Positions 8,843-18,281 of a stretch of 46,131 nt of DNA are shown one piece after another. Under the pieces are notes generated by a model that had not been told where the DNA came from, searched no databases, and saw only the letters and a program-made list of their open reading frames with translations. A program made the position numbers and the translations under genes. Within the stretch, counting starts at the first letter, position 1, and each line of letters starts with the position of its first letter. The stretch is from the IMG/VR virus record IMGVR_UViG_3300048576_000591, positions 1 to 46,131 of that record. One strand, given 5' to 3'. Source of the stretch: a virus. Its lineage: Duplodnaviria; Caudoviricetes.

Positions 8843-9499
8843 TTACCCGCTGATGCTCTTTCCGTGTACGGATTGGTTTCCGTACTGATACAGTTTCTTG
8901 CCCCACGAATTCACGGTGGAACGGCCAAGGGCCGATACATTCCGAAGAATCGAGTCGGTATCGGACCGGCGGCGCTGGTCGCCATCCGTGAGATAGCCGG
9001 CGCTACCAATCTTGGATCGCTGGTTTAGATCGCAGATCCGCAGGGTGATTGAGGCTTGATCCCCTGACGCTTGGTTGGTCGACGCCATCTCGAGAAGGCC
9101 CACTTGGCGCCAAACCGGCGTTGGATAGAGGGAGCGCTTTGAGGCGTTGAACAGCAGGCCAAACACTTCTATGCGGCGCAGATGCCACGTCTTGGTCTTG
9201 AAGTCGTTGCGGACCGCATCGATCGCGGAATTCAGAACAACCGTCACCTCGGATGACGCCATTCCTTCAGCTTCTGACACGCCGCTGATCTCGCCGAGCG
9301 AGCCGTCACCCAGATAGGTGACGGGAACAATAACGCCGGCGTCGTTCCGGTAGCCCATCACGCCGCCGCCGGTGATCGACCCGGCGCCGTTCCAATACCC
9401 GCCGACGCCTTCGGCGAACGCAATCTTGGCGAAGTGCGCCTGGTCAAGAAGGCCTTGCTCGGCCTCGGCCAGCGTGTCCTCATCGAAATAGCCGCTCAT
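8843..9499 (-). CDS. Minor tail (hub, L-like) protein
   Basis: YLGDGSLGEIS and DQRRR..D motifs; synteny. Confidence 0.7.
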   Translation of the reverse strand: MSGYFDEDTLAEAEQGLLDQAHFAKIAFAEGVGGYWNGAGSITGGGVMGYRNDAGVIVPVTYLGDGSLGEISGVSEAEGMASSEVTVVLNSAIDAVRNDFKTKTWHLRRIEVFGLLFNASKRSLYPTPVWRQVGLLEMASTNQASGDQASITLRICDLNQRSKIGSAGYLTDGDQRRRSDTDSILRNVSALGRSTVNSWGKKLYQYGNQSVHGKSISG

Positions 9500-10173
9500 A
9501 GCGCTGCCTTCTTGTGGCTCTGGCGGACCACGAACGACCAGGTCCCCATCTGAGCGTCGTCGCGCTCAGCCTTGCCCCACTGAATGACGCGGCCCATGAA
9601 CACCGGCTTTTCGAGATGGACCGTCGCGCCGGCGGAATACCCAGCGATCGTTGCCGGGTCGACCGTCACCGTCATGGTTCCGTCTGCAGCGGCGACCGCG
9701 TCGCCGATCGGACCGAGCGTGTGGTAGGCGTAGCGGCTGGCGTCCCAAATGAACGATAGCGGATCTCCGCTGATCAGCTTGAATCCGGCGGGAAGTCCCG
9801 ACAACCCCAGCGAGAATCCATCCGCACCAATGCTCGCCAGCGTGCACGTCCCGTCAAAGGCGCCGCCGCTGCCTGCGCGAACCAGCCCATTCCAGCCCAC
9901 GCCCTGATAATGAAAGGGATAGATGCACCGCGTGTCGTGGGCCAGGACGGTGGCTCGCGCCTTCTTCGTCGCAAGCTCCCAGGCCCGCATCAGCTTGAAA
10001 TCCGCTCCGCGCAGCACGGGCGTGTCGTATTCGGCAAACCACCTGGCATTGCCGTTGTCGACAACCTGATCGTCTACGCCGTCGGTCAAGGCTGTCTGCT
10101 GGGGGATCTCGAACGAGAACTTCCGGCATAGCAATGTGACCTCGGGGAGGCCCAAGGGATAGACCAGAGCCAT
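9496..10173 (-). CDS. Distal tail protein
   Basis: Immediately after the tape measure gene; RW.A and GD.LSF motifs. Confidence 0.7.
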   Translation of the reverse strand: MALVYPLGLPEVTLLCRKFSFEIPQQTALTDGVDDQVVDNGNARWFAEYDTPVLRGADFKLMRAWELATKKARATVLAHDTRCIYPFHYQGVGWNGLVRAGSGGAFDGTCTLASIGADGFSLGLSGLPAGFKLISGDPLSFIWDASRYAYHTLGPIGDAVAAADGTMTVTVDPATIAGYSAGATVHLEKPVFMGRVIQWGKAERDDAQMGTWSFVVRQSHKKAAL

Positions 10174-10182
10174 GTGCGCTGC

Positions 10183-13100
10183 CTATTTGTTACGATTGAA
10201 TTTCTGAGACATGGCGAGCCAGCGGGCGTCAAATTGGGACTCGCTGTGGTCCAACATGGCCTTCATGAGCCTGAGTGACCTGCTGTCCGTATCGCCGGTG
10301 ACAACGATATTTCCGCCGAAATTCGTATAGCTCAGTGCGTTGTTCTGGACGCCGGCCGTGACGCGATTGGCAAGACTGGTAACATCTGGGATCACCTGCG
10401 CCCCGCCAGGAAGGTTGACGAGCTCGGGACCGCGTTCACCGACAAGCGCCAGGCCTGCGGGCGCCGAATTCGTTCCATTGGCAAAGCCCGGAATGACGGA
10501 TCTAGCAAGGCCCCACGCCGAGGCGAGGATCCCACCGCCTGTCGATTGTGAACCTCCGGACTTGCCGCCGATCGGGGTTCCCCGCTTGCCGAAAATTGCC
10601 TCAACGGCTTCGCTTGCCGCAGAGTTCGCCAGCACACCAAGGAATGATGCCGCCGCGCTCTTCGCGTCCTTGAAATTCACGATCGTCTGCCTGACGGAAT
10701 CTCGCAGAGAATCCGAAGCCTCGACCGCGCGCTCGTTCGCCTCCCGGACACGCTCGAGCCCTTCAGACGCGGCGTTGTAGTCGGCGGCAGAGGTACGCGC
10801 TTTTTGCGCGACATCGGCTTGGCCATTAGCCTCGGCTGTGGACGCCACAGCAAGAAGACGCTTTGTGTTCAGGAAACGGTCCGCTTCTTCCCTCGTCAAG
10901 CCAATGGTTTCCATATCGTCGCGCATGGCCTGAGTTTCGCGAATCGTGCTCGCCACGAATTCATCTGCGATTTCCGATTGCGCCTTGGCGTTAACCGCGT
11001 CCTTCCTGGCGGCCGTGGCGCCGTTCACCTTGTCCACGGCGTCTTGGTATCCCGACCATCCGGGCTTCAACTTGTCGAGCTTGGCAAGTTCTTCCTTGCC
11101 TTTTGCCTCAATCACCTCGACCTGCGCAGCGGCGTCGGCGATGACCTGCTTCACGCGGGCCTTCGTGTAGGCGTCGAACGTAGCGGCCGCCCTAACCGCG
11201 GCATCGGTCTGCACCTTGGTGAGATCTCGATTGGCTTCGGCCAGAAGAGTATCGACATCGTTAGCCGCCGCGATGCGGCTCTGCTTGGCGCTATTGCTGT
11301 TCTCGCGGTGATCGGTCGACGCCGCCTTCTTCGCCTTGTCGGCCGCGGAGGCCTGCCGCGCGAGGGCGTCGGCCAGAGCGTCAACCTGCCTGATGCGCTG
11401 ATCGTGCAGGGTATTGGCCGCAGCGAGTTCCGCGTCGGCCTGTTTCGTTGCGGCGGTAGACTTGGATGTGATCTGAGCGCGCTTCTCCTGCGCCTTGGCC
11501 AGGTCCTTGTCGGCGGCAGTGCGGAGTTCGAGCGCGGCTTTCGCTTTCTCCTGCTCGTAGACCGACTTTCCGGCGACCTGAGATTCCATCTGCAGGGAGG
11601 CGGTGCGTTCTTTCGCGGCTTCGACGGCCTTCGTGAACGCATCGGAACGAGACGAGCCGGATCCCGCCGGAGAGGCATAGACACCACTCTCCGTTTCGCC
11701 CTCAGCCTCGCGGATGGTCCTGACATCCAGCGGCGTTGCCTTCCCGTTCAGAACGGCGAGTTTTGCCGTGTCGACCTCGCGCGTCCGCGCGGCGTCAAGC
11801 AGCACCTTTGCCTGATCCTGGAAGGTATCGCGCAGATCAGGAGCGGCCTTCTTCACCTCCAAGATCTTGTTGTAGAGGCGCGTTACCGCGTCAGATGAGT
11901 AGTCCCCGGCTGATTTGAACTGCTCGATATAGTCTTTAAGCTGACGTGCGGCCTTGAAATCAGCGTCTGTTGGGTTTGAGAATGGCTTGAACGGTCGAGC
12001 GATAGACGAGAATAGACCGCCCGACATTTCGGACAGTCCGCCTTGGATCGCATTCTTGGAGCCTTCAATGCTGGTCTCGAGCAGAAGGCGCCGGTTTTTG
12101 ACGAGTTCGGCGTTCTGCTCGCGAATTTTGAGCGTCGCCCGATCAACGACCTTCCAGAACCCGTCCCCGGCTTCCTTCGCCCGATCGGTCGCTTCTGCAA
12201 CCTTATCCGTTGATCCGGCGAGCGCGATCATCGCCACCGACAAACCAGTGATGGCCAGTCCGATCGGGCCGCCGAAGAACGAAAGAGTGGTCTGCAGAAG
12301 CTTGGAGCCCGCAGCAAGCGCCTGCACCCGCAGCGTCGTGGCCGCGGCAGCAATTCCGTAAGCCTCCTGCGCAGTTGCCGCCCGCGTCGTAGCGACAATT
12401 TCGGCAGCCCTGGCTTCAGCCAACGTCATTTCGGCAGCGGTGAGCTGACGATCGAGAGCCAATTCGGATTGCCGGATCTCGATTAGCTGCGCCGTGAATT
12501 TTGATTTGTCCCGCCATGGCGCCAGTGTGGCCATGGCTTGCATCGCAGCTGCCCGTTCCGCGGATAGCATCTCAAGGTCGATGCGAAGAGCGGCGGCGTT
12601 GACAGCGGCCTGGTCGGCCTTTGCGGTGGTCGAGACCCTGATCGCGTTGGCTTCGTTGAGCGCCGCTGCCGCCCGCTGGCGGCTGGCTTCGGCGCTGTTA
12701 ATCAGGACTGCCGTGCCATTGGCGTGGGCTGCTAGAAGCTGCGCCTCGGCGCCTGCAGCGCTTGCAAGACCGGACGCATACCGGCCGGCGAACACCGCCC
12801 CCACTACTATCGCGGCATCGGCCAGTTTGTCGAAGTTCTGGGCGATGAGGTTGATGGATCCGGAAATGACCTGACCGGCGCCGCTCGTCTGACTGGCCGT
12901 CCCGACGAACTCGGTGAGGCGGGTTTTGAGGTTTTCCAGAGCTTGGCCGATCGTTGGAACGGTCTGGCCGAATGCCTTATCGACTTCCGGCCCGAGACGT
13001 TCCAACGCTTCGATCACCACTGCGGAAGTGAGCTGTCCCTGCTCGCCCAGGTTCTTAAGGTTGCCGACGGTGGTACCCATCACGTCGGCGATTGCGCGGG

Positions 13101-13692
13101 CGATAACGGGCGCGTTCTCGCGGACCGAACGCAGTTCGTCGCCGCCCAGGATGCCCGAGGAGAGGGCCTGAGAGAGCTGCAGGGAGGCTGCAAATTGTTC
13201 TGATGGCGCTGCACCGCCGACGGCGAACGCCTTGTTAATGGTCTCCGTTATCCGCAACAGCTCAGTTTGCGACTTCCCGAGTCCTTTGGTCGACATTTCA
13301 AGGCGGGCGAAAGTCTGAACGGTCGCCTCGAAATTCGCGCGGGTGTCAACGGCGACGTCGGCAAGTTGCTGGAGCCGTCGCTGCTGTTCATCCAGCGGCG
13401 TTCCCATGGCCGTGATTTTGTTGCCTGCCGCGGTCCAGGCATCGGCGTAGCGCATCACCTCGCGCGTTCCGAGCGCTGCCGTGACCATGCCGAGCGAGCG
13501 ACCGAGCATGTCGGCCGCGGCCGCGCTGCTGAGGAGCGAGGAGCGTAGCCCCTGCTCCATCCTCGCACCGCCGCTCAGCACCGAGCCATAGGTCTTTTGG
13601 CTCCGCGCCTCCAAATCGGCCATGGCACGCAGATAGGGCTGCGCCATGACCTGATACTCGACAACGACGCGATCGGCGACGACATCAGTCAT
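10183..13692 (-). CDS. Tape measure protein
   Basis: 1169 aa, Ala-rich; QLSQALSSGILGGDELRSVRENAP and LVGERGPELV motifs. Confidence 0.95.
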   Translation of the reverse strand: MTDVVADRVVVEYQVMAQPYLRAMADLEARSQKTYGSVLSGGARMEQGLRSSLLSSAAAADMLGRSLGMVTAALGTREVMRYADAWTAAGNKITAMGTPLDEQQRRLQQLADVAVDTRANFEATVQTFARLEMSTKGLGKSQTELLRITETINKAFAVGGAAPSEQFAASLQLSQALSSGILGGDELRSVRENAPVIARAIADVMGTTVGNLKNLGEQGQLTSAVVIEALERLGPEVDKAFGQTVPTIGQALENLKTRLTEFVGTASQTSGAGQVISGSINLIAQNFDKLADAAIVVGAVFAGRYASGLASAAGAEAQLLAAHANGTAVLINSAEASRQRAAAALNEANAIRVSTTAKADQAAVNAAALRIDLEMLSAERAAAMQAMATLAPWRDKSKFTAQLIEIRQSELALDRQLTAAEMTLAEARAAEIVATTRAATAQEAYGIAAAATTLRVQALAAGSKLLQTTLSFFGGPIGLAITGLSVAMIALAGSTDKVAEATDRAKEAGDGFWKVVDRATLKIREQNAELVKNRRLLLETSIEGSKNAIQGGLSEMSGGLFSSIARPFKPFSNPTDADFKAARQLKDYIEQFKSAGDYSSDAVTRLYNKILEVKKAAPDLRDTFQDQAKVLLDAARTREVDTAKLAVLNGKATPLDVRTIREAEGETESGVYASPAGSGSSRSDAFTKAVEAAKERTASLQMESQVAGKSVYEQEKAKAALELRTAADKDLAKAQEKRAQITSKSTAATKQADAELAAANTLHDQRIRQVDALADALARQASAADKAKKAASTDHRENSNSAKQSRIAAANDVDTLLAEANRDLTKVQTDAAVRAAATFDAYTKARVKQVIADAAAQVEVIEAKGKEELAKLDKLKPGWSGYQDAVDKVNGATAARKDAVNAKAQSEIADEFVASTIRETQAMRDDMETIGLTREEADRFLNTKRLLAVASTAEANGQADVAQKARTSAADYNAASEGLERVREANERAVEASDSLRDSVRQTIVNFKDAKSAAASFLGVLANSAASEAVEAIFGKRGTPIGGKSGGSQSTGGGILASAWGLARSVIPGFANGTNSAPAGLALVGERGPELVNLPGGAQVIPDVTSLANRVTAGVQNNALSYTNFGGNIVVTGDTDSRSLRLMKAMLDHSESQFDARWLAMSQKFNRNK

Positions 13693-13696
13693 ATGG

Positions 13697-13957
13697 CTAA
13701 ACCTTTATGTCTTCGAACCGCCCTCGCAGCGCTGCTTTGCGCGCTTCGATCTGCTCGGGAGACCAAGGGTCGAGTCTCGCAGCCGGATCATCGCGATCTG
13801 GCGAGTTCGCATCGGCAAACCCCTCGATACCGATGAGCGCCTCGTAAAGGCTCAGGTCTCGGATGTCGGCGGGAGTTCGCTTGAGGGCTCCCCAGGCTCG
13901 ATAGATGGCCGGAACGTCGACATATCCGCTGTCGGCGCCCCGGCGTGGGCTTTTCCC
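13697..13957 (-). CDS. Tail assembly chaperone, -1 frameshift extension (gpT-like)
   Basis: -1 frame is open from the G GGA AAA heptamer (13951-13957) to TAG at 13697; reads GKSPRRG...PADIRDLSLYE...EDIKV; absent from the ORF track. Confidence 0.8.
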   Translation of the reverse strand, partial: GKSPRRGADSGYVDVPAIYRAWGALKRTPADIRDLSLYEALIGIEGFADANSPDRDDPAARLDPWSPEQIEARKAALRGRFEDIKV

Positions 13958-14424
13958 TGGGGGTCACCTTTCAGCTCTTGCACGCCGTAAATCGCGGCGT
14001 CGACAATCTGAAATGCGGCAAGGCAATTCGATACGGCATCGCATTCCGCGCCCGTACCGCCGCCGGCGAGCGTCTTCTTGACGTCCTCGCGCGAGGCCAA
14101 CGGCCGGCTGTCGACGTAGGTTTCCACCATCGTCTTGGCGCGGACCGCATCCATGCCGCCGCCGATCAGGCCCAGCCGAATGGTTTCAGCGACGTCGGAC
14201 CGGAAATACGTTCCGGACGCCAGCCGGGACCAAATAGACCCGATGCCACAAGCTTCAAGAATAGCCTTCGGAATCGCGGTTGTGGGAACGCCGGACGCCA
14301 TCATGGCCTCGGCAACGGCTTTCGCAGTGACGCGCTGCAGCTCGTCTATCTGTGGGACCTTGAGGGCGAACAGATGGTCTCCGTCCGCCCATTTCAAGGT
14401 CACTTCGGCGCGAGTGTTGGTCAC
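13852..14424 (-). CDS. Tail assembly chaperone (gpG-like, GTA-family)
   Basis: GTG in a GTGA overlap with the tube gene stop; WADG..FAL and ETIRLGLIGGG motifs. Confidence 0.85.
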   Translation of the reverse strand: MTNTRAEVTLKWADGDHLFALKVPQIDELQRVTAKAVAEAMMASGVPTTAIPKAILEACGIGSIWSRLASGTYFRSDVAETIRLGLIGGGMDAVRAKTMVETYVDSRPLASREDVKKTLAGGGTGAECDAVSNCLAAFQIVDAAIYGVQELKGDPQGKAHAGAPTADMSTFRPSIEPGEPSSELPPTSET

Positions 14425-14900
14425 GCCGCGGCGTCCGTCCATTTCGCCCGGCCGACGAAATTCAGCGTGCAGCTGAACTTCCAGACATCGCGTTCCTGGC
14501 CGGTCATCTTTAGGCCGGTGATATAGGCCGGACCGGCCCAGTTGCCGCCGCCCTTGGCCAACACCTCGTCGACCAAGATTTTGAAGTTGCTGGCTGCACC
14601 TGTATCGCGAACCTTGTCGTTCGCCGCCTGCAGCAGCTTCCTGCTCGCGAGATCGACGGTTCCGCTCATCGTGGCCTGATCCTTCGACGCTTCCGGGAAG
14701 TAGATCGTCTTCCCCGGTGCGTCGGGATTGGTCGCATTGGGAATCGTGACTTCCTTGACGGTGTTGTCCTGGGACCACTCGAGCTGCTGGACGCCGATCA
14801 AGCCGGTGTAGACCGGCGGCGCCGCATCGGTACCGATGTGGGCGGTGATTTTGCCAAACGCCAGCGCGTCGGCATAAGTGGCTTCATCAGCCATTGCCAT
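14421..14900 (-). CDS. Major tail tube protein
   Basis: 159 aa between tail terminator and chaperone; MSG and WAGPAYIT strands; AAGGAG RBS. Confidence 0.8.
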   Translation of the reverse strand: MAMADEATYADALAFGKITAHIGTDAAPPVYTGLIGVQQLEWSQDNTVKEVTIPNATNPDAPGKTIYFPEASKDQATMSGTVDLASRKLLQAANDKVRDTGAASNFKILVDEVLAKGGGNWAGPAYITGLKMTGQERDVWKFSCTLNFVGRAKWTDAAA

Positions 14901-14924
14901 TCTCCTTAGGTGGTGGGGATTTGG

Positions 14925-15362
14925 TTACGCCCGTTCCGCAGTTAGCGCCGCGAATTGAACGATGACGTGGAAGTCGGACGGCGACCCGGTATCCGACACG
15001 GTAGACGACAACTGACAGCGCAGGTCGCGCATCACGGCGCCGCCAGAGAGCGGAAGTGGTTTGAGGTCGAGAGCCGCAATAACGGCGCCCTTGAGCTGTT
15101 CGGCGAGATCAGATGATGGGCCAGCGGCGAAGCCGTGGACGGCGAAGCGAATCTCGCCTCCGTTCAAGCCGCTGGGCTCAGACGGCGATGTCACGGGAAG
15201 GCCCATTTTCACATAGGCTGGGTTCGTATCGCTCGGCCAAATCGGCATTTCAGGGTCGACGGTCTCGCCGTAGACGCGCTGGCCGACGATCGCCAAAACA
15301 CCGGCGTCGGCCAGGAGCGCCATGACGACGGCTTGGCGCACGAGTAACGAGTGATCGCGCAT
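14925..15362 (-). CDS. Tail terminator (DUF3168-like)
   Basis: LLAD..V.AIVGQRVY N-terminus; H.IVQF.A near the C-terminus. Confidence 0.85.
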   Translation of the reverse strand: MRDHSLLVRQAVVMALLADAGVLAIVGQRVYGETVDPEMPIWPSDTNPAYVKMGLPVTSPSEPSGLNGGEIRFAVHGFAAGPSSDLAEQLKGAVIAALDLKPLPLSGGAVMRDLRCQLSSTVSDTGSPSDFHVIVQFAALTAERA

Positions 15363-15368
15363 TTAGGT

Positions 15369-15653
15369 CTAGCCCTCGAAGGAAATCTTGCCGGTCTTTG
15401 CCTCGTTACTTAGCGAAACGGCATCGAGGTTCCGCGTGACGAGAGAGTCGCCGTCATCAACCAGTTCGTCATCGAGCACGCCATCGGCGCGCGCCGCGGC
15501 GGCAATTGCAGGATGCACAGTTCCCCAGAAGCCTTCCGGATAGTCCACCGTTGTCCGCGGAAAGTCCATAATTTGGACACTGTACGGCTTGGCGAAGCGA
15601 ACGATCTCGCGTTCGTCGCTGTCTTCCGAGAATGCCGCGGCTACGTTGCGCAT
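15369..15653 (-). CDS. Hypothetical virion-module protein
   Basis: TGATG coupling to the upstream gene; YPEG..G.V...AAAARADGV. Confidence 0.6.
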   Translation of the reverse strand: MRNVAAAFSEDSDEREIVRFAKPYSVQIMDFPRTTVDYPEGFWGTVHPAIAAAARADGVLDDELVDDGDSLVTRNLDAVSLSNEAKTGKISFEG

Positions 15654-16063
15654 CAGCGCCTCCTCAAAAGCTGGGACAGGTAATTGGCGACGAACTGGAC
15701 GGCCTTATGGCCTACCTTCATCGATGCGGGTCGCATGTAAGGGCGCTCCGCCATCTTCGACGTGCCGAATTCGAGGTCTAGGCCGTGGGGCGCCGACGAA
15801 ACGACCTTAACCGTCAGCTTGGCCTTTTCGCCTTCAATGAAAATCCCGGTGTCGAGCTGATGGGTATCGGCGTTCGGCGGTTCGCCCGGTTTCGACGGAA
15901 CGTGCCCCTTGCCGCTCACAGCCCCTGCAGTGATCGAGTGGCGGGCTTCGGTTTCGACCGTACTGGCGGCCGCATAGAGCCCGCGATAGGCGGCATCGGT
16001 TACGCCAGGGCCTCGCATGGCGCGCAGCCGCGCCAAGTGCTCGTTCATGCCGGTGGTGCGCAT
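15653..16063 (-). CDS. HK97 gp10-like neck/tail component
   Basis: SKPGEPP..DT..L and LEFGTSKMAERPYMRPA motifs. Confidence 0.9.
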   Translation of the reverse strand: MRTTGMNEHLARLRAMRGPGVTDAAYRGLYAAASTVETEARHSITAGAVSGKGHVPSKPGEPPNADTHQLDTGIFIEGEKAKLTVKVVSSAPHGLDLEFGTSKMAERPYMRPASMKVGHKAVQFVANYLSQLLRRR

Positions 16064-16064
16064 A

Positions 16065-16421
16065 TCAGCCGATCTTTCGGCCCTGGAACGTCCACGCCGC
16101 CCGCGCCGGATCTTGGCTGATCGCAATCACCTTCCAACGATATCCGCCAAGCGTTAGCTCGTAGCCAACCTTCGGCTCTACAGCGACACCGTTCTGCAGC
16201 ACCAGAAGTTTCGAATCCGTGGCCGGGATCTGCGCGGCCAGCATCGTGACGGCGCTGTAGGAATCCACCATTCCCTTGATCGAGTGCGGCGTTGGCTCGC
16301 CGGTGATGAACCCACCTTTTCCGTCCGACACGCGGTTCGGAACATAAAGCGTTCCGTCCAGGAGAAATTGCGAAAAGACCGACGAAAACACGTCCGCCAG
16401 ACCGCCATCGAGAAGCCCCAT
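16065..16421 (-). CDS. Head closure (stopper) protein
   Basis: Synteny; C-terminal DPA.A.W..Q.R. Confidence 0.7.
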   Translation of the reverse strand: MGLLDGGLADVFSSVFSQFLLDGTLYVPNRVSDGKGGFITGEPTPHSIKGMVDSYSAVTMLAAQIPATDSKLLVLQNGVAVEPKVGYELTLGGYRWKVIAISQDPARAAWTFQGRKIG

Positions 16422-16422
16422 C

Positions 16423-16791
16423 TCAGCAGCCTCCCGTGACACGCGGTCCGCCTCGATTCCGACGACGCAGTTCGATGAAACTGCGCCCGAAGCTGGTCGA
16501 CTTCAGCTCTCCGGGCTGGGCGTCCTGAGTGGCGCGCTCTAGCGAGAGCGGCCCGATCGACAGCTTCGAGAACCCCTGCAGTTGGGCCTCGGTGGTCTTG
16601 CCAACGCCGTCCAGCGTCATCACGTGGGCGGCATAGAGCATCCGCGCCGGCGCGAAATCGGCCTCTGTCCACGTCTCATCCACCATCCGCGCAGCATCGT
16701 TCAACGCAGCGGTGATCGTGTCATCCGCAACGGCTGCAAACGCAGGGAAACGGGACTTGAGATCCGCAGCGGTCGGCGCGGTGTAGGCCAT
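16423..16791 (-). CDS. Head-tail adaptor (DUF4054-like)
   Basis: RFPAFA, YAAH and STSFGRSF motifs. Confidence 0.85.
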   Translation of the reverse strand: MAYTAPTAADLKSRFPAFAAVADDTITAALNDAARMVDETWTEADFAPARMLYAAHVMTLDGVGKTTEAQLQGFSKLSIGPLSLERATQDAQPGELKSTSFGRSFIELRRRNRGGPRVTGGC

Positions 16792-16794
16792 GGC

Positions 16795-17211
16795 TTACGC
16801 CTTCTTGATCGGTTCGTTGAGCGGGGCGTTCAGCTTGTCCACTTCGGCCGCAGCCTCGTCCTTCGAGTAGGTTTCGTCGCCGAAGCGTTCCTCACCCAGG
16901 AAGATGCCCCAACGGCCTTTGCCGAGGTGTCTGGCTTCAGCGCGTACGATCGGCGCCGGCGGATCGCCTGGATTGCCATGAGGCATATTCTCCGGAAGCT
17001 TACCGGGATTTCCCTGGGCAGTGCCAAGCTCCTCCTTCGTCTTGATCGGTTCGTTGAGCGGGGTCTCAGCCGACAAATGCGGAAGCGCATCGACGCGGGC
17101 GCGATAGCCTTCGAGGACGTCAAGCTCTCTGGTCTCGCCCGGCGCGATGAACCGCAGCCCTTGTGTGGTGTGCACGCCCTGTGGCGCACGCGAAGTATTC
17201 GTGATCTTCAT
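16795..17211 (-). CDS. Hypothetical post-capsid protein
   Basis: ATG at 17211 (MKITNTS) with AGAGAG upstream; internal duplicated PLNEPIK. Confidence 0.65.
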   Translation of the reverse strand: MKITNTSRAPQGVHTTQGLRFIAPGETRELDVLEGYRARVDALPHLSAETPLNEPIKTKEELGTAQGNPGKLPENMPHGNPGDPPAPIVRAEARHLGKGRWGIFLGEERFGDETYSKDEAAAEVDKLNAPLNEPIKKA

Positions 17212-17229
17212 GGAACTCTCTCTTGGAAT

Positions 17230-17253
17230 GGGCCGGAACCGAAGCCCCGGCCC
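17230..17253 (-). terminator. Hairpin after the capsid gene (weak terminator or mRNA stabiliser)
   Basis: GGGCCGGGGC-TTCG-GTTCCGGCCC on the minus strand; poor U-tail. Confidence 0.5.
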
Positions 17254-17273
17254 TAATCGATGATCAACCGGCG

Positions 17274-18242
17274 TTACGCCGGCGCTGCCGTCACCTCGTC
17301 CAGGTACGCCATCGCACCCGGCAAGCGGATTTCGACGCCGCCGATGCGCGCGATCGTGGCCTGCTCCCAAGCCATGGACGAGCACTGCCAAGGCGGCAGG
17401 ACGCGCCGCGGCATCGGAAGGTGGAAGCGAACGACCTCCATCTCCTTGCGATACACAACGATGCGGCCGCCACCATCCTGGCTGGCCGTTGCGAGCGCGG
17501 GCATTGAGGCGATGTCGGGAGCGACGCCATACTGCGCCTGATACGAGGTGCGGAACCGCTCAAGGATCGTCGGGCTGGTGGAGTCGCCGTCGACATAGGT
17601 CTGGGCAATGTAGTCCATGGCGGCCGGAGGAAGCCGGATCGCATTCGCGGTCTCGATTTCCTTACTGTTCCGCTTGACCAGATTGAACCCGGAGAACAGG
17701 TCTTCGAGCACCTGGATCGGCGTCTTCTTGTTCCAGAACGTAACGTTGCCCGTGCCGGTGGCCGGAACATCGCTGCGTTGAACCAGGTCGGAGTTGCAGA
17801 AGCCCTTCCAGCCCTTTTCGTCCGCACCGACCATCGCGACGTCGTAGATCAATTGCTCGACACCACGGGTGGCACCGATTGCCTTCTCATCGCTGAGGTT
17901 GGTGCCGTACAAGGTGGCTTGGTTGATCTCTTCGAGATCCCAGTCCCAGCCGGCGCCGATCAGCGCAAAGTCGTGGCTCGCCTGATCGCGGGTCACGGAC
18001 GATTTCGGAAGGTCGTTACCCTTGCCCGAAATGAACTTGGCGGTGCCGGTGGTGTCGATCATCCGGAACATCGTTCCGATCGCCCAGGGATTGCCTTCGG
18101 TCACCACAGGAATGTGGGAAGCGTAATCCAAGTTTTGATAACGCTTCCGATAGATAGTCGTCTCGATGTTGCGGCCCTGTGCCACCACGAAGGGAAGCGC
18201 GGACTGCGCATCGGCGTACTGCATCGGAACATGCAGAGTCAT
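17274..18242 (-). CDS. Major capsid protein (DUF2184 family)
   Basis: 322 aa; W.LEE and GGVEIRLP.AMAYLD motifs. Confidence 0.9.
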   Translation of the reverse strand: MTLHVPMQYADAQSALPFVVAQGRNIETTIYRKRYQNLDYASHIPVVTEGNPWAIGTMFRMIDTTGTAKFISGKGNDLPKSSVTRDQASHDFALIGAGWDWDLEEINQATLYGTNLSDEKAIGATRGVEQLIYDVAMVGADEKGWKGFCNSDLVQRSDVPATGTGNVTFWNKKTPIQVLEDLFSGFNLVKRNSKEIETANAIRLPPAAMDYIAQTYVDGDSTSPTILERFRTSYQAQYGVAPDIASMPALATASQDGGGRIVVYRKEMEVVRFHLPMPRRVLPPWQCSSMAWEQATIARIGGVEIRLPGAMAYLDEVTAAPA

Positions 18243-18281
18243 TGCCTTATGCCTTTCTTTCTAAGTTGCGGTTGTCCGCGG

